64,000 nt of DNA, from contig CAVTWJ010000009.1 in the NCBI GenBank assembly GCA_963738405.1, positions 288,001-352,000 of the forward strand, in the 5' to 3' direction. The position numbers were made by a program, and so were the translations under genes. This DNA is from a candidate division FCPU426 bacterium (GTDB lineage Bacteria > Oederibacteriota > Muellerivitia > Muellerivitales > Muellerivitaceae). Positions 20,639 through 31,901 of this stretch are shown here, in pieces (positions within the stretch are counted from its first letter, which is position 1; the number at the start of each line of letters is the position of its first letter). Under the pieces are notes generated by a model that saw nothing but the letters and a program-made list of their open reading frames with translations, searched no databases and was not told where the DNA came from.

Positions 20639-21793
20639 TTGAAGATCGCCCTGGTGACCGACACCTATTTCCCCCGCATTAACGGAGTTTCCACCTCCAC
20701 CCAAATTTTTGCCGATGAATTTACCAAGTTGGGACACGAGGTTCATATCTACGGCCCGGCCTTTCCCAACCATGTGGATGAGGGCCTGCCCTATAAGGTG
20801 CACCGCTTCCCCTCCTGGTACCTCTTCTTTGACCCAGAGGACCGGCTTCCCCGACCCAACGCCGATAAGAAACTGATCCAGCAGTTCATCGACTCGAAAT
20901 TCGACATCGTCCATACCCAAACCCCCTTCAGCTTAGGGCAGCCGGCCGTCCAATGGGCCCGCCAGTCGGGAGCCAAAGTGGTGCATACCTACCATACCCT
21001 CTTCGCGGCTTACGCCGAGCATTACCTTTGGTTTTTGCCCAAGTGGCTCAGCGTCTGGTACGCCAAATACGCCAGCCGTACCTATTGTGATTCCTGCGAT
21101 CTCATCATTACGCCCTCCAGCGAAATGAAAAATGTGCTCTCCAGCTATAACGTGGCGAAGCCGATTGAGGTGATTCCCACCGGCATCCGGCTGGATCGGT
21201 TTGTAGGGAAGGATGAATACCGTTACCGCGAGGCCCAGGGCTACAAGAAGGAAGACAAGGTGCTTTTGTTTATGGGCCGGGTGGCCGAGGAAAAGAATAT
21301 CGACTTCCTGCTAGAGGTTTTTGAGGAATTGGTACCGAAAGTTCCTAATGTAAGGTTTCTCATCGCCGGGGAAGGGGCCGCCAAAAAGAGACTGGAAAAG
21401 ATGGTCGAGGAAAAGCACCTCACGAGCCTTGTGAATTTTGCCGGATACCTAACCAAGAATGACTGGCGGGATTGTTATGCGGGCGCCGACTTGTTTGTTT
21501 TCGCCTCTGTCACCGAGACCCAGGGGCTGGTGATCAGCGAGGCCATGGCGGGCGGCACCCCCGTGGTGGCGGTGGGAGAGATGGGGGTCAAGGACGTGAT
21601 GGCTTCCGGCAAGGGCGGCATTATGACCCGGTTAGACAAGAAGGAATTCTACGACGCGGTTTACCGCATGCTCACCGACGAGGCTTTTTATAAGTCCAAG
21701 GAATCGGAAACCATTGCTGAGGCCGAGAATTGGTCCTCGACCGCCATGGCGAAAAGAATGATTGAGGCCTACGAACGGATATTGAAGGTCTGA
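20639..21793 (+). CDS. Glycosyltransferase family 4 (diacylglycerol glucosyltransferase-like)
   Basis: TDTYFPRINGVSTS, HTYHT, GRVAEEKN, SVTETQGLVISEAMA. Confidence 0.88.
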   Translation: MKIALVTDTYFPRINGVSTSTQIFADEFTKLGHEVHIYGPAFPNHVDEGLPYKVHRFPSWYLFFDPEDRLPRPNADKKLIQQFIDSKFDIVHTQTPFSLGQPAVQWARQSGAKVVHTYHTLFAAYAEHYLWFLPKWLSVWYAKYASRTYCDSCDLIITPSSEMKNVLSSYNVAKPIEVIPTGIRLDRFVGKDEYRYREAQGYKKEDKVLLFMGRVAEEKNIDFLLEVFEELVPKVPNVRFLIAGEGAAKKRLEKMVEEKHLTSLVNFAGYLTKNDWRDCYAGADLFVFASVTETQGLVISEAMAGGTPVVAVGEMGVKDVMASGKGGIMTRLDKKEFYDAVYRMLTDEAFYKSKESETIAEAENWSSTAMAKRMIEAYERILKV

Positions 21794-21850
21794 GGTTTTG
21801 TTCCTTATTGCTTGGAACCCTTTCACCCACCCGTTAACATGATTCGAAAT

Positions 21851-22666
21851 ATGAAATATTCCACTCTATTCACAGCGCTATTTGTCCTTTTACTAAATAT
21901 CCATTTAACGGTCCGGGCGGATGCGGAACTCTGGTCTTTTCTTCCCGGAACCCCTTTGTTTTCACCCCTGATCGCCGACCCAAGGGAACCCCAAACGGGC
22001 GTGATTGGCTACCTCTCCCAAAGCCGTTATGAGGGGGAAGTGGGGTCTTTTGTTGAGTTTTTGCGGTACTCCCCACCCGATGAAAGCCAATGGGGCTGGG
22101 GCATTTTCGGGTCGGGTTACATCCTATTAGACGAAGATGGGGCTACCTTTCCCATGCGGGATGGGGACTGGTACGCGGGGATGTACCTGAGTGAGAAGTC
22201 AGGCAATTTTTCAAGCCGATTTGAGTTTGAACATGAAAGTTCCCATCTAGGAGATTCCCTCCAGGGGATTCAGGACCCTATCTTTGTCAGCCGGGAAAAT
22301 TTCAACCTGACCCTTTCCTATATGGAAGCGGGGTTCTACCGCCTCTACGGTAAGACGGGTTTTTGGGAAAACATGGCCCCCACGGGTGACGCCTTCTTTG
22401 GCTCCTTCGGCGGGGAGCTTTATTCCCCCTCCCTCACCGAGGGCACCGACCTAAGGTTTTATACGAGTTTGGATTTCACCTACAAGGGCGAGACCGGGGA
22501 CCCGTTTAACAAGAATTGGGAACTGGGCTTGCGGGCCGCTATTGACGCCAAGGGGATCCGGGCGGTTCGGGCGGCGCTGATCTATTACGACGGCTATTCG
22601 GAATTCGGGCAGTTTTATCAAACCACCGACACCCATTGGGGCCTGGGGGTGTTCTTTGATCTCTGA
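21851..22666 (+). CDS. DUF1207-like predicted outer-membrane beta-barrel protein (copy 1)
   Basis: Signal peptide, FSPLIADPREPQ, HESSHLGD, C-terminal GYSEFGQFY...WGLGVFFDL. Confidence 0.65.
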   Translation: MKYSTLFTALFVLLLNIHLTVRADAELWSFLPGTPLFSPLIADPREPQTGVIGYLSQSRYEGEVGSFVEFLRYSPPDESQWGWGIFGSGYILLDEDGATFPMRDGDWYAGMYLSEKSGNFSSRFEFEHESSHLGDSLQGIQDPIFVSRENFNLTLSYMEAGFYRLYGKTGFWENMAPTGDAFFGSFGGELYSPSLTEGTDLRFYTSLDFTYKGETGDPFNKNWELGLRAAIDAKGIRAVRAALIYYDGYSEFGQFYQTTDTHWGLGVFFDL

Positions 22667-22805
22667 AAAAGAAAACAGGCAACTTAGCCATGGATGCATG
22701 GGATACATGGGATTTTTGCGGCATAAAATTAAAAGGCTGTTTTTTTCTTTTAATCCGCGTGAATCCTATTCATCTGTGGTCAATGAAAGGTTTGATTTTG
22801 GGGTT

Positions 22806-23636
22806 TTGAACAGCGCTAAAGGTATTCTTTTAGCTGTGGTGATATTGGCGCCTATGGCAGCGTGGTCGGAAGATGTGAAAACTTCCCAACTCAACTTTCT
22901 CCCAGCCGAAACCCTCTTCCATAATCTCATCGGCGACCCAAGGGAACCGCAAAACAGCCTCATCGCGCAAATAGACCAGACCCGGTTCGAGGGCTCCATC
23001 GGCAAATTCATTGAGCTGCTTCAATGGATTCCTGGCGACGGCTCCCAATGGGGGTGGGGCATTGAGGGAGACAGTTTTATTGAGCTAGATTCATTGGGCG
23101 ACGGGGTTTTCCCCGAAAGGGTGAGCGACTGGTATCTGGGTACCTACTTCAGTGAGAAGACGGGCGACCTTTCGCACCGGCTGGAATATCTCCATGTGAG
23201 TTCCCATCTGGGCGATTCGCTATTTGATCAATACACCCGGTTCATCTACACCTGTGAAAGTTTCCGATACACGATGTCCTATTATCCCCTCGCGGACCGC
23301 GTCCGCGTTTACGGCGGGTTGGGTTATTATCCGCACATGGCGCCCGACGATAACCGCCTCTTCGCCCATCTGGGCGCCGAATTTTACACCGCTCCCGGAC
23401 CCTTTCTTTTCGGCACATTCTCGCAGGGTTATTTCACTTACGATCTGAAGATCAAGGGCGAGGCGGGGGGTGTGGCCAACCAGCAATTTGAGCTGGGCCT
23501 GCAATGGAGGGGTAAGGTTGATTCCAACCCGGTGATTCGGATGGCGTTGATGTATTTCAATGGGAACAGCGAATACGGCCAGTTTTACTTGATGCCCGAT
23601 AACCATTGGTCGCTGGGAATCTTCTTCGACCCTTAA
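22806..23636 (+). CDS. DUF1207-like predicted outer-membrane beta-barrel protein (copy 2)
   Basis: Signal peptide, LIGDPREPQ, HVSSHLGD, GNSEYGQFY...WSLGIFFDP; start uncertain (ORF opens at 22656). Confidence 0.65.
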   Translation: MNSAKGILLAVVILAPMAAWSEDVKTSQLNFLPAETLFHNLIGDPREPQNSLIAQIDQTRFEGSIGKFIELLQWIPGDGSQWGWGIEGDSFIELDSLGDGVFPERVSDWYLGTYFSEKTGDLSHRLEYLHVSSHLGDSLFDQYTRFIYTCESFRYTMSYYPLADRVRVYGGLGYYPHMAPDDNRLFAHLGAEFYTAPGPFLFGTFSQGYFTYDLKIKGEAGGVANQQFELGLQWRGKVDSNPVIRMALMYFNGNSEYGQFYLMPDNHWSLGIFFDP

Positions 23637-23757
23637 AAAGTTTTTCCAAATTGAAAGAAAAAAATAAATCTTTAACATTGAGAAAAATTATTTTTTTAGC
23701 CAATTGATTTTCGCCAAGCCCTTCTTTTTCTGATTTAAGAACCCTTTTCCAATATTC

Positions 23758-23785
23758 TTGACATCCTTCCTACAGGTTGTATATT
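23758..23785 (+). promoter_or_regulatory. sigma70-type promoter for polC
   Basis: TTGACA-N16-TATATT upstream of GGAGG RBS and ATG 23844. Confidence 0.6.
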
Positions 23786-23843
23786 TCGATTGAACAGGCC
23801 CCAACCCCACGATATCTCCCCTGAATTTAACGCTGGAGGCAGG

Positions 23844-26800
23844 ATGACCCCCGTCAGCAGTTCCTTGTCCAGCGAAACCCAAACTTCCACCTCGCCCTTT
23901 TATGACCTTCTGCAGCAAATCCCCCTTCAATGTTTCGAGAAGGACAGGCTATTAGAATCCGAGCTGATCGGAGTCCAGGTTTACCCGGAAAAGGCCCTAC
24001 TGATCCTGCGCATCAAAATGCCCGCAGCCATACCCGGTGCCACCTACGCGATGCTGAGCCAATACCTCAAAGAAGGCATGCCGGGGGTTCAAAGGGTGGT
24101 TTTGGACGTTCATTACGCCTCTACCGAAGTATCCCTAGTGGATTACCTGGGCGCCCATGAGAAAGACCTGATGTTCTGCCTGACCGAGGAAGCGGACGTG
24201 GCGGAGGGGTGGTTTACCCATTACCGAATGGAACCCCAAGATAACCGCCTCTCCTTTCAGGTTCCCCATGAGCTGGCGCGCCAACAGCTAGACCGCAAGC
24301 AATGCATGAAAGTTCTTTCCGATCTCTTGCAACAGCGCTGCGGTTTTAAAGGCGCGGTGGAGCTTTCCATCAACCCCGATATCCTTCCCCAAGCCGTGGC
24401 CCCGGCCGAGGAAGCACCTTCCGAATACAAGGTTCCCGAACCTCAGAGTGTTTTGATCTTGGGCCGCAAAATTTCCGAGGCTGCCCAATCCATGACGGTG
24501 AGTGACGAACAAAAGGGCTATGTGGTGCAGGGAGAGATCATATCCTTCGACCAGCGGCAGACCCGCACGGGCCGCCACATGATCAAGATGACGGTCACCG
24601 ATTATTCCGACTCCATGGACGTGATCCTGTTCCACGAGAACGACGGCAAGTTCAAGGGCGGCATTAAAGAAAGGGACTGGGTAAAGGTGCGGGGCGACTT
24701 GCGTTTCGACAGCCGGGACCCGAACGAGATGTTGTTAAATGTCCGCGACATCGTGAAGATTCCGGCGCCTGAAACCCGCATGGACCGAGCCGCTGAGAAG
24801 CGCGTGGAGCTTCACTGCCATACCCAAATGAGCCGTATGGACGGACTTTCCAAGATCGACCGCCTCATTGAGACCGCCGCCAAGTGGGGTCACAAGGCCA
24901 TCGCCATCACTGACCACGGCGTGGTGCAGGCCTACCCGGAAGCCAGCGCGGTGGCGAAGAAGAACAAGATCAAATTGATTTTGGGCATGGAAGGCTACCT
25001 GGTCGATGAGTTCAAACGCGAAAAGGGCATGCCCATCTACCACATCATTCTTCTGGTGAAGAACCGGGTGGGACTGAAAAACCTATATAAATTGGTGTCT
25101 GAAAGCCACTTAAGAAACTTCTATAAAAGGCCCCTGATTCCCCGGGAACTTTTGAAACAGCATCGGGAAGGGCTGGTGTTGGGATCGGCCTGTGAACAAG
25201 GCGAGGTTTGGCAGACCCTGCTTCACGGGGGAAGGCCCCTGGAAGAAGTGGCCGACTTTTACGACTATGTCGAGATTCAGCCCTGCGCTAATAACGAGTT
25301 CATGATCCAAGACGGCATCGTAAAAAGCCTAGAAGAGCTTCAGGCCCATACACGAACCCTTTTTGATGTGGGGAAAAAGCTGGGCAAACCGGTGGTGGCC
25401 ACGGGCGATTCGCATTTCATTGAGCCTCGGGATGACGTGTACCGCAAGATCATTCATGCCGGCATGGGCTACGGTCTGGAACGCCAAGCGCCGCTTTATT
25501 TCAAGACCACCGACGAATTGAAAAAAGATTTTGAATATTTTGGCGAGGAAACCGCCCACGAGCTGGTAGTGACCAACCCAGGCAAGATCGCCGACATGAT
25601 TGAAGAAGTAGAGCCCCTGCCCACCCAGACTCTATCCCCCATGTGGGAGGGCGCGGACGAGTTGTTGCGGGAAACTTCCACAAAAGAAGCTCATCGCTTA
25701 TATGGGGAAACCCTCCCGGCCTTTATTGAACAGCGCCTCAAAAAAGAACTCGACGCCATCATCAACAACAAATTCTCCACCCTCTATGTGATCGCCATGA
25801 AGCTGGTGAAAAAATCCCTCTCTGACGGCTATATCGTGGGAAGCCGGGGAAGCGTGGGATCCTCCTTCGTGGCTTTCTTGAGCGGCATCACCGAGGTGAA
25901 TCCGCTTCCGCCCCACTACCGCTGCGAGGCCTGCCAGGTGAACGAGTTTCCCGCCAACCCCGTCTCCATGGCGGGCGTGGACATGGTGGTCAAGGACTGC
26001 CCCCAATGCGCCAAGCCCATGGTTCGGGACGGTTTTTCCATCGCCTTCGAGGTCTTCATGGGTTTCAAGGGCGACAAGATGCCCGATATTGACCTGAACT
26101 TTTCCGGCGAGTACCAGCATGTGGCGCACAAGTATGTGGAAGAACTGTTCGGCAAGGAACACTGCTTCCGTGCGGGCACCATCTCGGCGGTGCAGGATAA
26201 GATCGCCTTCGGCTTCGTGAAAAAATTCGTGGAGCAGGCGGGCCGTACCACAAGAAACGCAGAACTGAACCGGCTGGTAAAGGGTTGTTCGGGCGTTTCA
26301 AAAACCACGGGTCAGCATCCCGGTGGGATCATCATCCTTCCCAAAGATATGGAAATCACCGACGTCTGCCCTGTGCAATACCCAGCGGATAATAAAGATG
26401 GCGATATCATCACCACGCATTTTGATTTCAGCTCCATGCACGACTGCTTGGTGAAGCTCGACATTCTCGGTCATGACAATCCCACCAGCCTGAAGCGCCT
26501 AGAAAATATGACAGGTATTTCGGCCCTGGGGATTCCCTTAAACGATGAAAAGACCATGAGTCTTTTCTCCGGCGTAAAGGCCCTTGGATTGAAAGAGAAA
26601 ATCGAGAAAGACTTAGGAACTCTTGGTGTTCCCGAATTCGGCACCAACTTTGCCATGGACATGTTGCGGGACACCCGCCCCACCCGCTTTGAGCATCTGG
26701 TGAGGCTTTCGGGACTTGCCCACGGAACGGATGTCTGGCTGGGCAACGCCCAAGACCTCATCAAAAAGGGAACGGCCACGCTTTCGACGGTCATTTCCAC

Positions 26801-27509
26801 CCGCGACGACATGTTGAACGACCTCATGGCCCGTGGCATGGACTCCGCCCTAGCCTTCAAGGTGATGGAAGACGTACGCAAGGGCAAGGGGTTGAAGCCT
26901 GAGTACGAGCAGACCATGATGTCGGTCAAGACGCCCGGCTGGTACATCGACAGCTGTAAGAAGATTAAATACATCTTCCCCAAGGCCCATGCGGTGGCCT
27001 ACTGCATCATGAGTTTCCGCATCGCTTGGTTTAAGGCCCACCAACCCCTGGCCTTTTACGCCGATTATTTCACCAACAAGGCATTTGGCTTTGACGCTAC
27101 CGTGGCCTGCGACGGCCTGGGACGGGTGCGTGACCGCATCAAGCTGATCCGTTCTATCGAGAAACCCTCCAACAAGGAACTGGACGAGGCATCGGTTTTG
27201 GAAGTGGTGGAAGAAACCTATGCACGGGGCTTCCGGTTCCTGCCCGTGGACCTTTATAAGTCCGACGCGCGCCAGTTCTTAATTCATGAAAGCCAAGGTG
27301 AAAAGATGCTCCGCCCCCCCTTGATCGGGCTTCCGGGGTTGGGAGATACGGCGGCCGATTGGATCGTGTTAGAAAGGGAGAAGGGTCCCTTTACCTCCAT
27401 TGAGGAAATTCAAGAACGCTGCGGGGTCAATAAAAACGTGTTGGAAATCCTGAAAGGCCATGGATGCCTGAAGGATATGCCTGATTCTAAACAGGTTTCT
27501 CTTTTTTAG
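23844..27509 (+). CDS. polC: DNA polymerase III, PolC type, lacking the DEDDh exonuclease insert
   Basis: N-terminal domain, OB fold before the PHP domain (RVELHCHTQMS, AITDHG, ATGDSHF), VGSRGSVGSS, Zn finger CxxC...CxxC, MPDIDLNFSGEYQ, KLDILGHD, FPKAHAVAY; located between proS and rimP. Confidence 0.95.
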   Translation: MTPVSSSLSSETQTSTSPFYDLLQQIPLQCFEKDRLLESELIGVQVYPEKALLILRIKMPAAIPGATYAMLSQYLKEGMPGVQRVVLDVHYASTEVSLVDYLGAHEKDLMFCLTEEADVAEGWFTHYRMEPQDNRLSFQVPHELARQQLDRKQCMKVLSDLLQQRCGFKGAVELSINPDILPQAVAPAEEAPSEYKVPEPQSVLILGRKISEAAQSMTVSDEQKGYVVQGEIISFDQRQTRTGRHMIKMTVTDYSDSMDVILFHENDGKFKGGIKERDWVKVRGDLRFDSRDPNEMLLNVRDIVKIPAPETRMDRAAEKRVELHCHTQMSRMDGLSKIDRLIETAAKWGHKAIAITDHGVVQAYPEASAVAKKNKIKLILGMEGYLVDEFKREKGMPIYHIILLVKNRVGLKNLYKLVSESHLRNFYKRPLIPRELLKQHREGLVLGSACEQGEVWQTLLHGGRPLEEVADFYDYVEIQPCANNEFMIQDGIVKSLEELQAHTRTLFDVGKKLGKPVVATGDSHFIEPRDDVYRKIIHAGMGYGLERQAPLYFKTTDELKKDFEYFGEETAHELVVTNPGKIADMIEEVEPLPTQTLSPMWEGADELLRETSTKEAHRLYGETLPAFIEQRLKKELDAIINNKFSTLYVIAMKLVKKSLSDGYIVGSRGSVGSSFVAFLSGITEVNPLPPHYRCEACQVNEFPANPVSMAGVDMVVKDCPQCAKPMVRDGFSIAFEVFMGFKGDKMPDIDLNFSGEYQHVAHKYVEELFGKEHCFRAGTISAVQDKIAFGFVKKFVEQAGRTTRNAELNRLVKGCSGVSKTTGQHPGGIIILPKDMEITDVCPVQYPADNKDGDIITTHFDFSSMHDCLVKLDILGHDNPTSLKRLENMTGISALGIPLNDEKTMSLFSGVKALGLKEKIEKDLGTLGVPEFGTNFAMDMLRDTRPTRFEHLVRLSGLAHGTDVWLGNAQDLIKKGTATLSTVISTRDDMLNDLMARGMDSALAFKVMEDVRKGKGLKPEYEQTMMSVKTPGWYIDSCKKIKYIFPKAHAVAYCIMSFRIAWFKAHQPLAFYADYFTNKAFGFDATVACDGLGRVRDRIKLIRSIEKPSNKELDEASVLEVVEETYARGFRFLPVDLYKSDARQFLIHESQGEKMLRPPLIGLPGLGDTAADWIVLEREKGPFTSIEEIQERCGVNKNVLEILKGHGCLKDMPDSKQVSLF

Positions 27510-27632
27510 CGGGTTCCTTACCTAGTTTCCCCATCCTTCCTCAAGAGGGGCGGCCTTCCAGGGCCCTTTCTCCTTGCGAAAACCCCTTGATTTTGATAAA
27601 ACAACTACGCAATTTTAAGGCTGACCCCCAAG

Positions 27633-27663
27633 AAGTGGGCCCTTTAACGGCCTGCTTTTTTTT
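27633..27663 (+). promoter_or_regulatory. rimP (ylxS) leader hairpin or attenuator
   Basis: AAGTGGGCC-CTTTAAC-GGCCTGCTT followed by a U-tract, resembling the AGUGGG hairpin commonly found upstream of rimP-nusA. Confidence 0.55.
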
Positions 27664-27743
27664 CTTATTTTCTAGGGAAATGACTCGAAATTGCGCACCC
27701 AAACGGCCGAAAGGCCGTTCGTCGTTTATGGGCGAGGTGATCC

Positions 27744-28217
27744 ATGGGGTTTCCAGACCCGGTTCAATTAAGGCAGCTTCGAGAGATCGCCGAAGCGGTG
27801 GTGAAAGACAATTTTCTGGAGCTTTTCGACCTGGGCGTTAGGTCCCAGGCGGGAAAAACCCTGCTTTCAGTGGTTTTAGACAAGCCGGCGGGCCGGGTGA
27901 GTTTGCAGGAATGCGTGGCGGTGAGCGGGGAGCTGGAAAAGCGCCTCGACGAGCTGGATGTGATGTCGGGAGCCTATCTTCTGGAGGTGTCGTCGCCCGG
28001 CATGGATAGGCCGTTAAGGCATGGCGCCGATTACGCCCGTTTTGAGGGCCGATTGGCGAAGGTGACGCTGAACCAGCCCCTGGAGGGGTTGGTGAGTTTT
28101 GAAGGCCGAATCGGTGATTTGAGTCCGGAGGGTGTTTTGATCCGGATGGGCAAGGAAAGAACCCTTCGGGTTCCCCTTTCCCAGATTAAGGCCGCGCGGC
28201 TGGTGGTGGAGCTTTAA
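27744..28217 (+). CDS. rimP: Ribosome maturation factor RimP
   Basis: YLLEVSSPGMDRPL; upstream of nusA. Confidence 0.93.
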   Translation: MGFPDPVQLRQLREIAEAVVKDNFLELFDLGVRSQAGKTLLSVVLDKPAGRVSLQECVAVSGELEKRLDELDVMSGAYLLEVSSPGMDRPLRHGADYARFEGRLAKVTLNQPLEGLVSFEGRIGDLSPEGVLIRMGKERTLRVPLSQIKAARLVVEL

Positions 28218-28304
28218 AAGTTTGAGTTGTTAGTTTTAGGTTCTTAAGAGTTAGAACTTCAAACTAAGCACTCAAAACACAAATCTACATTGAGGGGTTT
28301 CGAA

Positions 28305-29633
28305 ATGGGTAACGAGCTGGCCTTGGTGATGAGCCAAATCGAACATACCAAGCGCATCGACAAGAAGCATCTCGTCGAGGCGATCCAAGCGGCTTTGTCC
28401 TCGGCCGCCAAGAAAATTTTCGGCGTGGGCCAGGAAGTGGAAGTGGAGTTCGACGAAACCAATTATGAGTTCCGCGCTTTTTACCTAAAGGAAGTGGTTC
28501 AAAAAGTCGAGGATCCGGGCACCCAGATCACCCTGGAAGAGGCGCGCAAGTTCGACAAAGAAATCGAGCTGGAAGGTGTGTTAAAAATCCGCATCCCGCC
28601 CGAACAGTTCGGCCGCATCGCAGCCCAAACCGCCAAACAAGTCATCGTCCAGCGTGTGCAAGATGCCGAGCGTCAAAGCGTGTACGACCAGTTCAAGGAA
28701 AAAGAAGGCGACCTCATCACTGGAAGCGTGCTCCGCTATGAGGGACGCAACGTCATCATCTCGCTCGGCGACACCGAGGCCCTGATGCCCGCCAAGGAAC
28801 AAGTTCCCCGTGAGCGTTATTCCACCGGCGAGCGCATGAAGTTCCTGGTGCTGGAAGTAAGAAAAACCATCAAGGGGCCGGCCATCATTGTGTCCCGCGC
28901 CCATCCCAATCTGGTCCGCAAACTCTTTGAGTTGGAAGTGCCCGAAATTTACGACGGCTCGGTCAAAATTGAGAGCGTGGCCCGCGAGGCGGGCGCCCGC
29001 ACCAAAATATCCGTGCGCGTCGTGGGCGACGACCGCATCGATCCCGTGGGCGCCTGCGTGGGCGTCAAGGGAATCCGCGTGCAAAATATCGTGGATGAGA
29101 TCCGCGGCGAGAAGGTCGACATTGTTCCTTGGGACGAGGAGCCCAGCACCTATTTAGCCAAGGCCCTGTCGCCCGCCCGTATCGCCCGCATTGTCCTCCA
29201 CGCCGACGCCGAGGTTCCCTCGGCCGAGGTGATTGTGCCCAACGACCAGCTGTCGCTCGCCATAGGCAAGAAGGGCCAGAACGCCCGCTTGGCCGCGCGC
29301 TTGACCGGCATCAAAATCGATATCAAAAACGAGGAACAGCACGCTCAGGAAGAAAGAGCCCGCATGGACGCCCACTTCCAGGAAGTATCCCAAGAAACGG
29401 CCGACGAAATTGCCGAGGCCAAGGTGGAAGCTCCTTCCGCAGAAGCGGCCGGAATGACCCAGGAAGAGAAATCATCCGCTCCCCCGGATGAGATCGACGA
29501 GGGTTCGGTGGAAGGTGCGGTTCCGCCCGACGCGCCCGCGCTGGCCAAGGATTTGGACGGACTTCCCGTGATTCCGCCTTCGCCTGAGGTTTCTCAAACG
29601 GTAGAACCCAGCGCCGAAATGGAGGGAATGTAA
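28305..29633 (+). CDS. nusA: Transcription termination/antitermination factor NusA with acidic C-terminal extension
   Basis: [47 protein letters not shown]. Confidence 0.96.
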   Translation: MGNELALVMSQIEHTKRIDKKHLVEAIQAALSSAAKKIFGVGQEVEVEFDETNYEFRAFYLKEVVQKVEDPGTQITLEEARKFDKEIELEGVLKIRIPPEQFGRIAAQTAKQVIVQRVQDAERQSVYDQFKEKEGDLITGSVLRYEGRNVIISLGDTEALMPAKEQVPRERYSTGERMKFLVLEVRKTIKGPAIIVSRAHPNLVRKLFELEVPEIYDGSVKIESVAREAGARTKISVRVVGDDRIDPVGACVGVKGIRVQNIVDEIRGEKVDIVPWDEEPSTYLAKALSPARIARIVLHADAEVPSAEVIVPNDQLSLAIGKKGQNARLAARLTGIKIDIKNEEQHAQEERARMDAHFQEVSQETADEIAEAKVEAPSAEAAGMTQEEKSSAPPDEIDEGSVEGAVPPDAPALAKDLDGLPVIPPSPEVSQTVEPSAEMEGM

Positions 29634-29639
29634 CCCCTC

Positions 29640-31901
29640 ATGGCTAAACGCATATTTGAATTCGCCAAAGAATTAGGCCTTCCTAGCAAGGAAGTCCTGG
29701 ACCGCTGCAAGAAACTGGGCTTTAACGTGCCCAGCCAGCTGACCCTGGTGGATGAGAAGATCCAGTCCGAAATCCGCAGGGATTTAGGTCTGGCGGATTT
29801 GATGGCGGCGGCCCCCGCGGCAGTCGCTCCTGCCCCGGCCTCCAAAACGCCCTCGGCGGCGCCAGGGGCGGTTCGCTCCACCACGAAAACCACTTCTCCC
29901 AGTTCCATGTCGCTCGCGGCGACCGCCACTTATCCGACGCTGGCTCCCTCCAAGGCCCCCGGCGCCAAGCCGGGAGCCCCGATGTACCGGCCCTCCCAGC
30001 CTGCGGCCAAACGAATCGGCCCCCGGCCCCATACCAAAGGCGGCCATGGCCTGGCCGCTGGCAGGCCCAAAACCGCCGCGGCCCTGGCGGCCAAGGCCGA
30101 ACCGGTGGAAGAGAAGTCGACCACCGATGAAAACGGCGAGCCTAAGATTCTGACCAAAATCAAAATCACCGAAGGGATCTCGGTCGCCGAACTGGCCCAG
30201 AAACTCAATGTGAAGGCCGGGGTGCTGATTAAGGAACTGCTCGACCTCAAGATTCTCGCCACCATCAACCAGCGCCTGGACATGACCGTCGCCGAGACTC
30301 TGGCTTCCGCCCACGACGCGGAAGTGGAAGTGGTTCCTCTGTTTGGGGCCGAAATGTTTGAGGAAGCGCCGGATGACCCGAAAGACCTGATGCCCCGTTC
30401 CCCGGTGGTCACCATCATGGGCCATGTGGACCATGGAAAAACCCTGCTGTTGGACGCCATCCGCAAGACCAAGGTGGCCGAGGGCGAAGCGGGCGGTATT
30501 ACCCAGCACATCGGCGCCTATCAAGTGAAACAAGACAAGGGAACCATCACCTTTTTGGATACCCCGGGCCACGAAGCCTTCACCCTCATGCGCGCCCGCG
30601 GCGCCAAGGCCACGGACATCGTGGTATTGGTGGTAGCGGCGGATGACGGCGTCATGCCCCAAACGCTGGAAGCCATTGACCACGCCAAAGAAGCCAAAGT
30701 GCCCATCCTGGTGGCCCTGAACAAGATCGATAAACCCGAAGCCAACCCCGACCGGGTGAAGACCCAATTGGCCGAGCGCGGTCTGCAGCCCGAGGAATGG
30801 GGCGGCAGCACTATTTTTGTGGAAGTCTCCGCCAAGAAACGCCTGAACCTCGAGAAGCTGCTTGAAATGATCCTGCTTCAAGCCGAAGTTCTGGAACTCA
30901 AAGCCAACCCGAACCGCGCCGCCAAGGGCGTGGTGCTGGAAGCCCGTCTGGACAAGGGCCGGGGGCCTGTGGCCACCCTGCTGGTGGAAAAGGGAACCCT
31001 TAAAATCGGCGACAACCTTTTGGCCGGAAACACTTACGGCCGGGTGAAGGCCATGCACGACGATTTGGGAAAACCCTCCAAGGCCGCCGGGCCCACCATG
31101 CCGGTGGAAATTCTGGGCCTCACCGACGTGCCCCGCGCGGGCGACGTTTTTTACGTGGTCACCGACCCCAAGATGGCGCGCGAGATTTCCTCCCGCCGCA
31201 CCGAGGCCCAGAAGGATAACCGCTTGGTGGGCGCCATGAAGCACATCACCCTCGACAACCTCTTTGAGCAGATCAAGGAAGGGCAGATCAAGGAACTCAA
31301 AGTTATCGTCAAGGGCGACGTGCAGGGATCGGTGGAGGCCCTGACCTCCTCCCTCGAGAAACTCTCGACCGAAAAGGTGGCCCTCCGGGTCATCCGATCC
31401 GGCACGGGCAATATCGTCAACTCGGACATTCTTCTGGCTTCCGCCTCCAACGCCATTATCGTGGGATTCAACGTGAAGGCCGATGGCAGCGCAAAGGAAA
31501 CGGCCGAGAAGGAAGATGTGGACGTCCGCACCTACAAAATCATCTACGACGCGGTGGAAGACGTGCGCAAAGCCATGGAAGGCTTGCTGGAACCCACCTA
31601 CCGCCAGGTGGCCTTGGGGCGCGCCGAAGTGCGTCAAGTGTTCAACACGCCCAAGGGCCCCATCGCGGGCTGCATGGTCACCAACGGCAAGATCACCAAC
31701 AAGGCCAAAATCAAGGTTCTGCGCGCTGAAACCCAAATTTTCGAGGGCGCGATCGGATCGCTCAAGCGGTTCAAGGACGACGTCAAGGAAGTCAACAACA
31801 GCTTTGAATGCGGTATCGGCATTGACGGTTTCGAGGATGTGCAGGTAGGCGACCAGCTGGAAGCCTATATCCTGGAAGCGGTCGCGGCCAAACTGGAATA
31901 A
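29640..31901 (+). CDS. infB: Translation initiation factor IF-2
   Basis: [46 protein letters not shown]. Confidence 0.97.
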   Translation: MAKRIFEFAKELGLPSKEVLDRCKKLGFNVPSQLTLVDEKIQSEIRRDLGLADLMAAAPAAVAPAPASKTPSAAPGAVRSTTKTTSPSSMSLAATATYPTLAPSKAPGAKPGAPMYRPSQPAAKRIGPRPHTKGGHGLAAGRPKTAAALAAKAEPVEEKSTTDENGEPKILTKIKITEGISVAELAQKLNVKAGVLIKELLDLKILATINQRLDMTVAETLASAHDAEVEVVPLFGAEMFEEAPDDPKDLMPRSPVVTIMGHVDHGKTLLLDAIRKTKVAEGEAGGITQHIGAYQVKQDKGTITFLDTPGHEAFTLMRARGAKATDIVVLVVAADDGVMPQTLEAIDHAKEAKVPILVALNKIDKPEANPDRVKTQLAERGLQPEEWGGSTIFVEVSAKKRLNLEKLLEMILLQAEVLELKANPNRAAKGVVLEARLDKGRGPVATLLVEKGTLKIGDNLLAGNTYGRVKAMHDDLGKPSKAAGPTMPVEILGLTDVPRAGDVFYVVTDPKMAREISSRRTEAQKDNRLVGAMKHITLDNLFEQIKEGQIKELKVIVKGDVQGSVEALTSSLEKLSTEKVALRVIRSGTGNIVNSDILLASASNAIIVGFNVKADGSAKETAEKEDVDVRTYKIIYDAVEDVRKAMEGLLEPTYRQVALGRAEVRQVFNTPKGPIAGCMVTNGKITNKAKIKVLRAETQIFEGAIGSLKRFKDDVKEVNNSFECGIGIDGFEDVQVGDQLEAYILEAVAAKLE

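Noticed and set aside
27702..27726. TTCGTCGTT upstream of rimP resembling the ECF42 -10 element
   Set aside because: No TGTC -35 at the required distance; the sequence is part of an AACGGCC-GAAA-GGCCGTT hairpin
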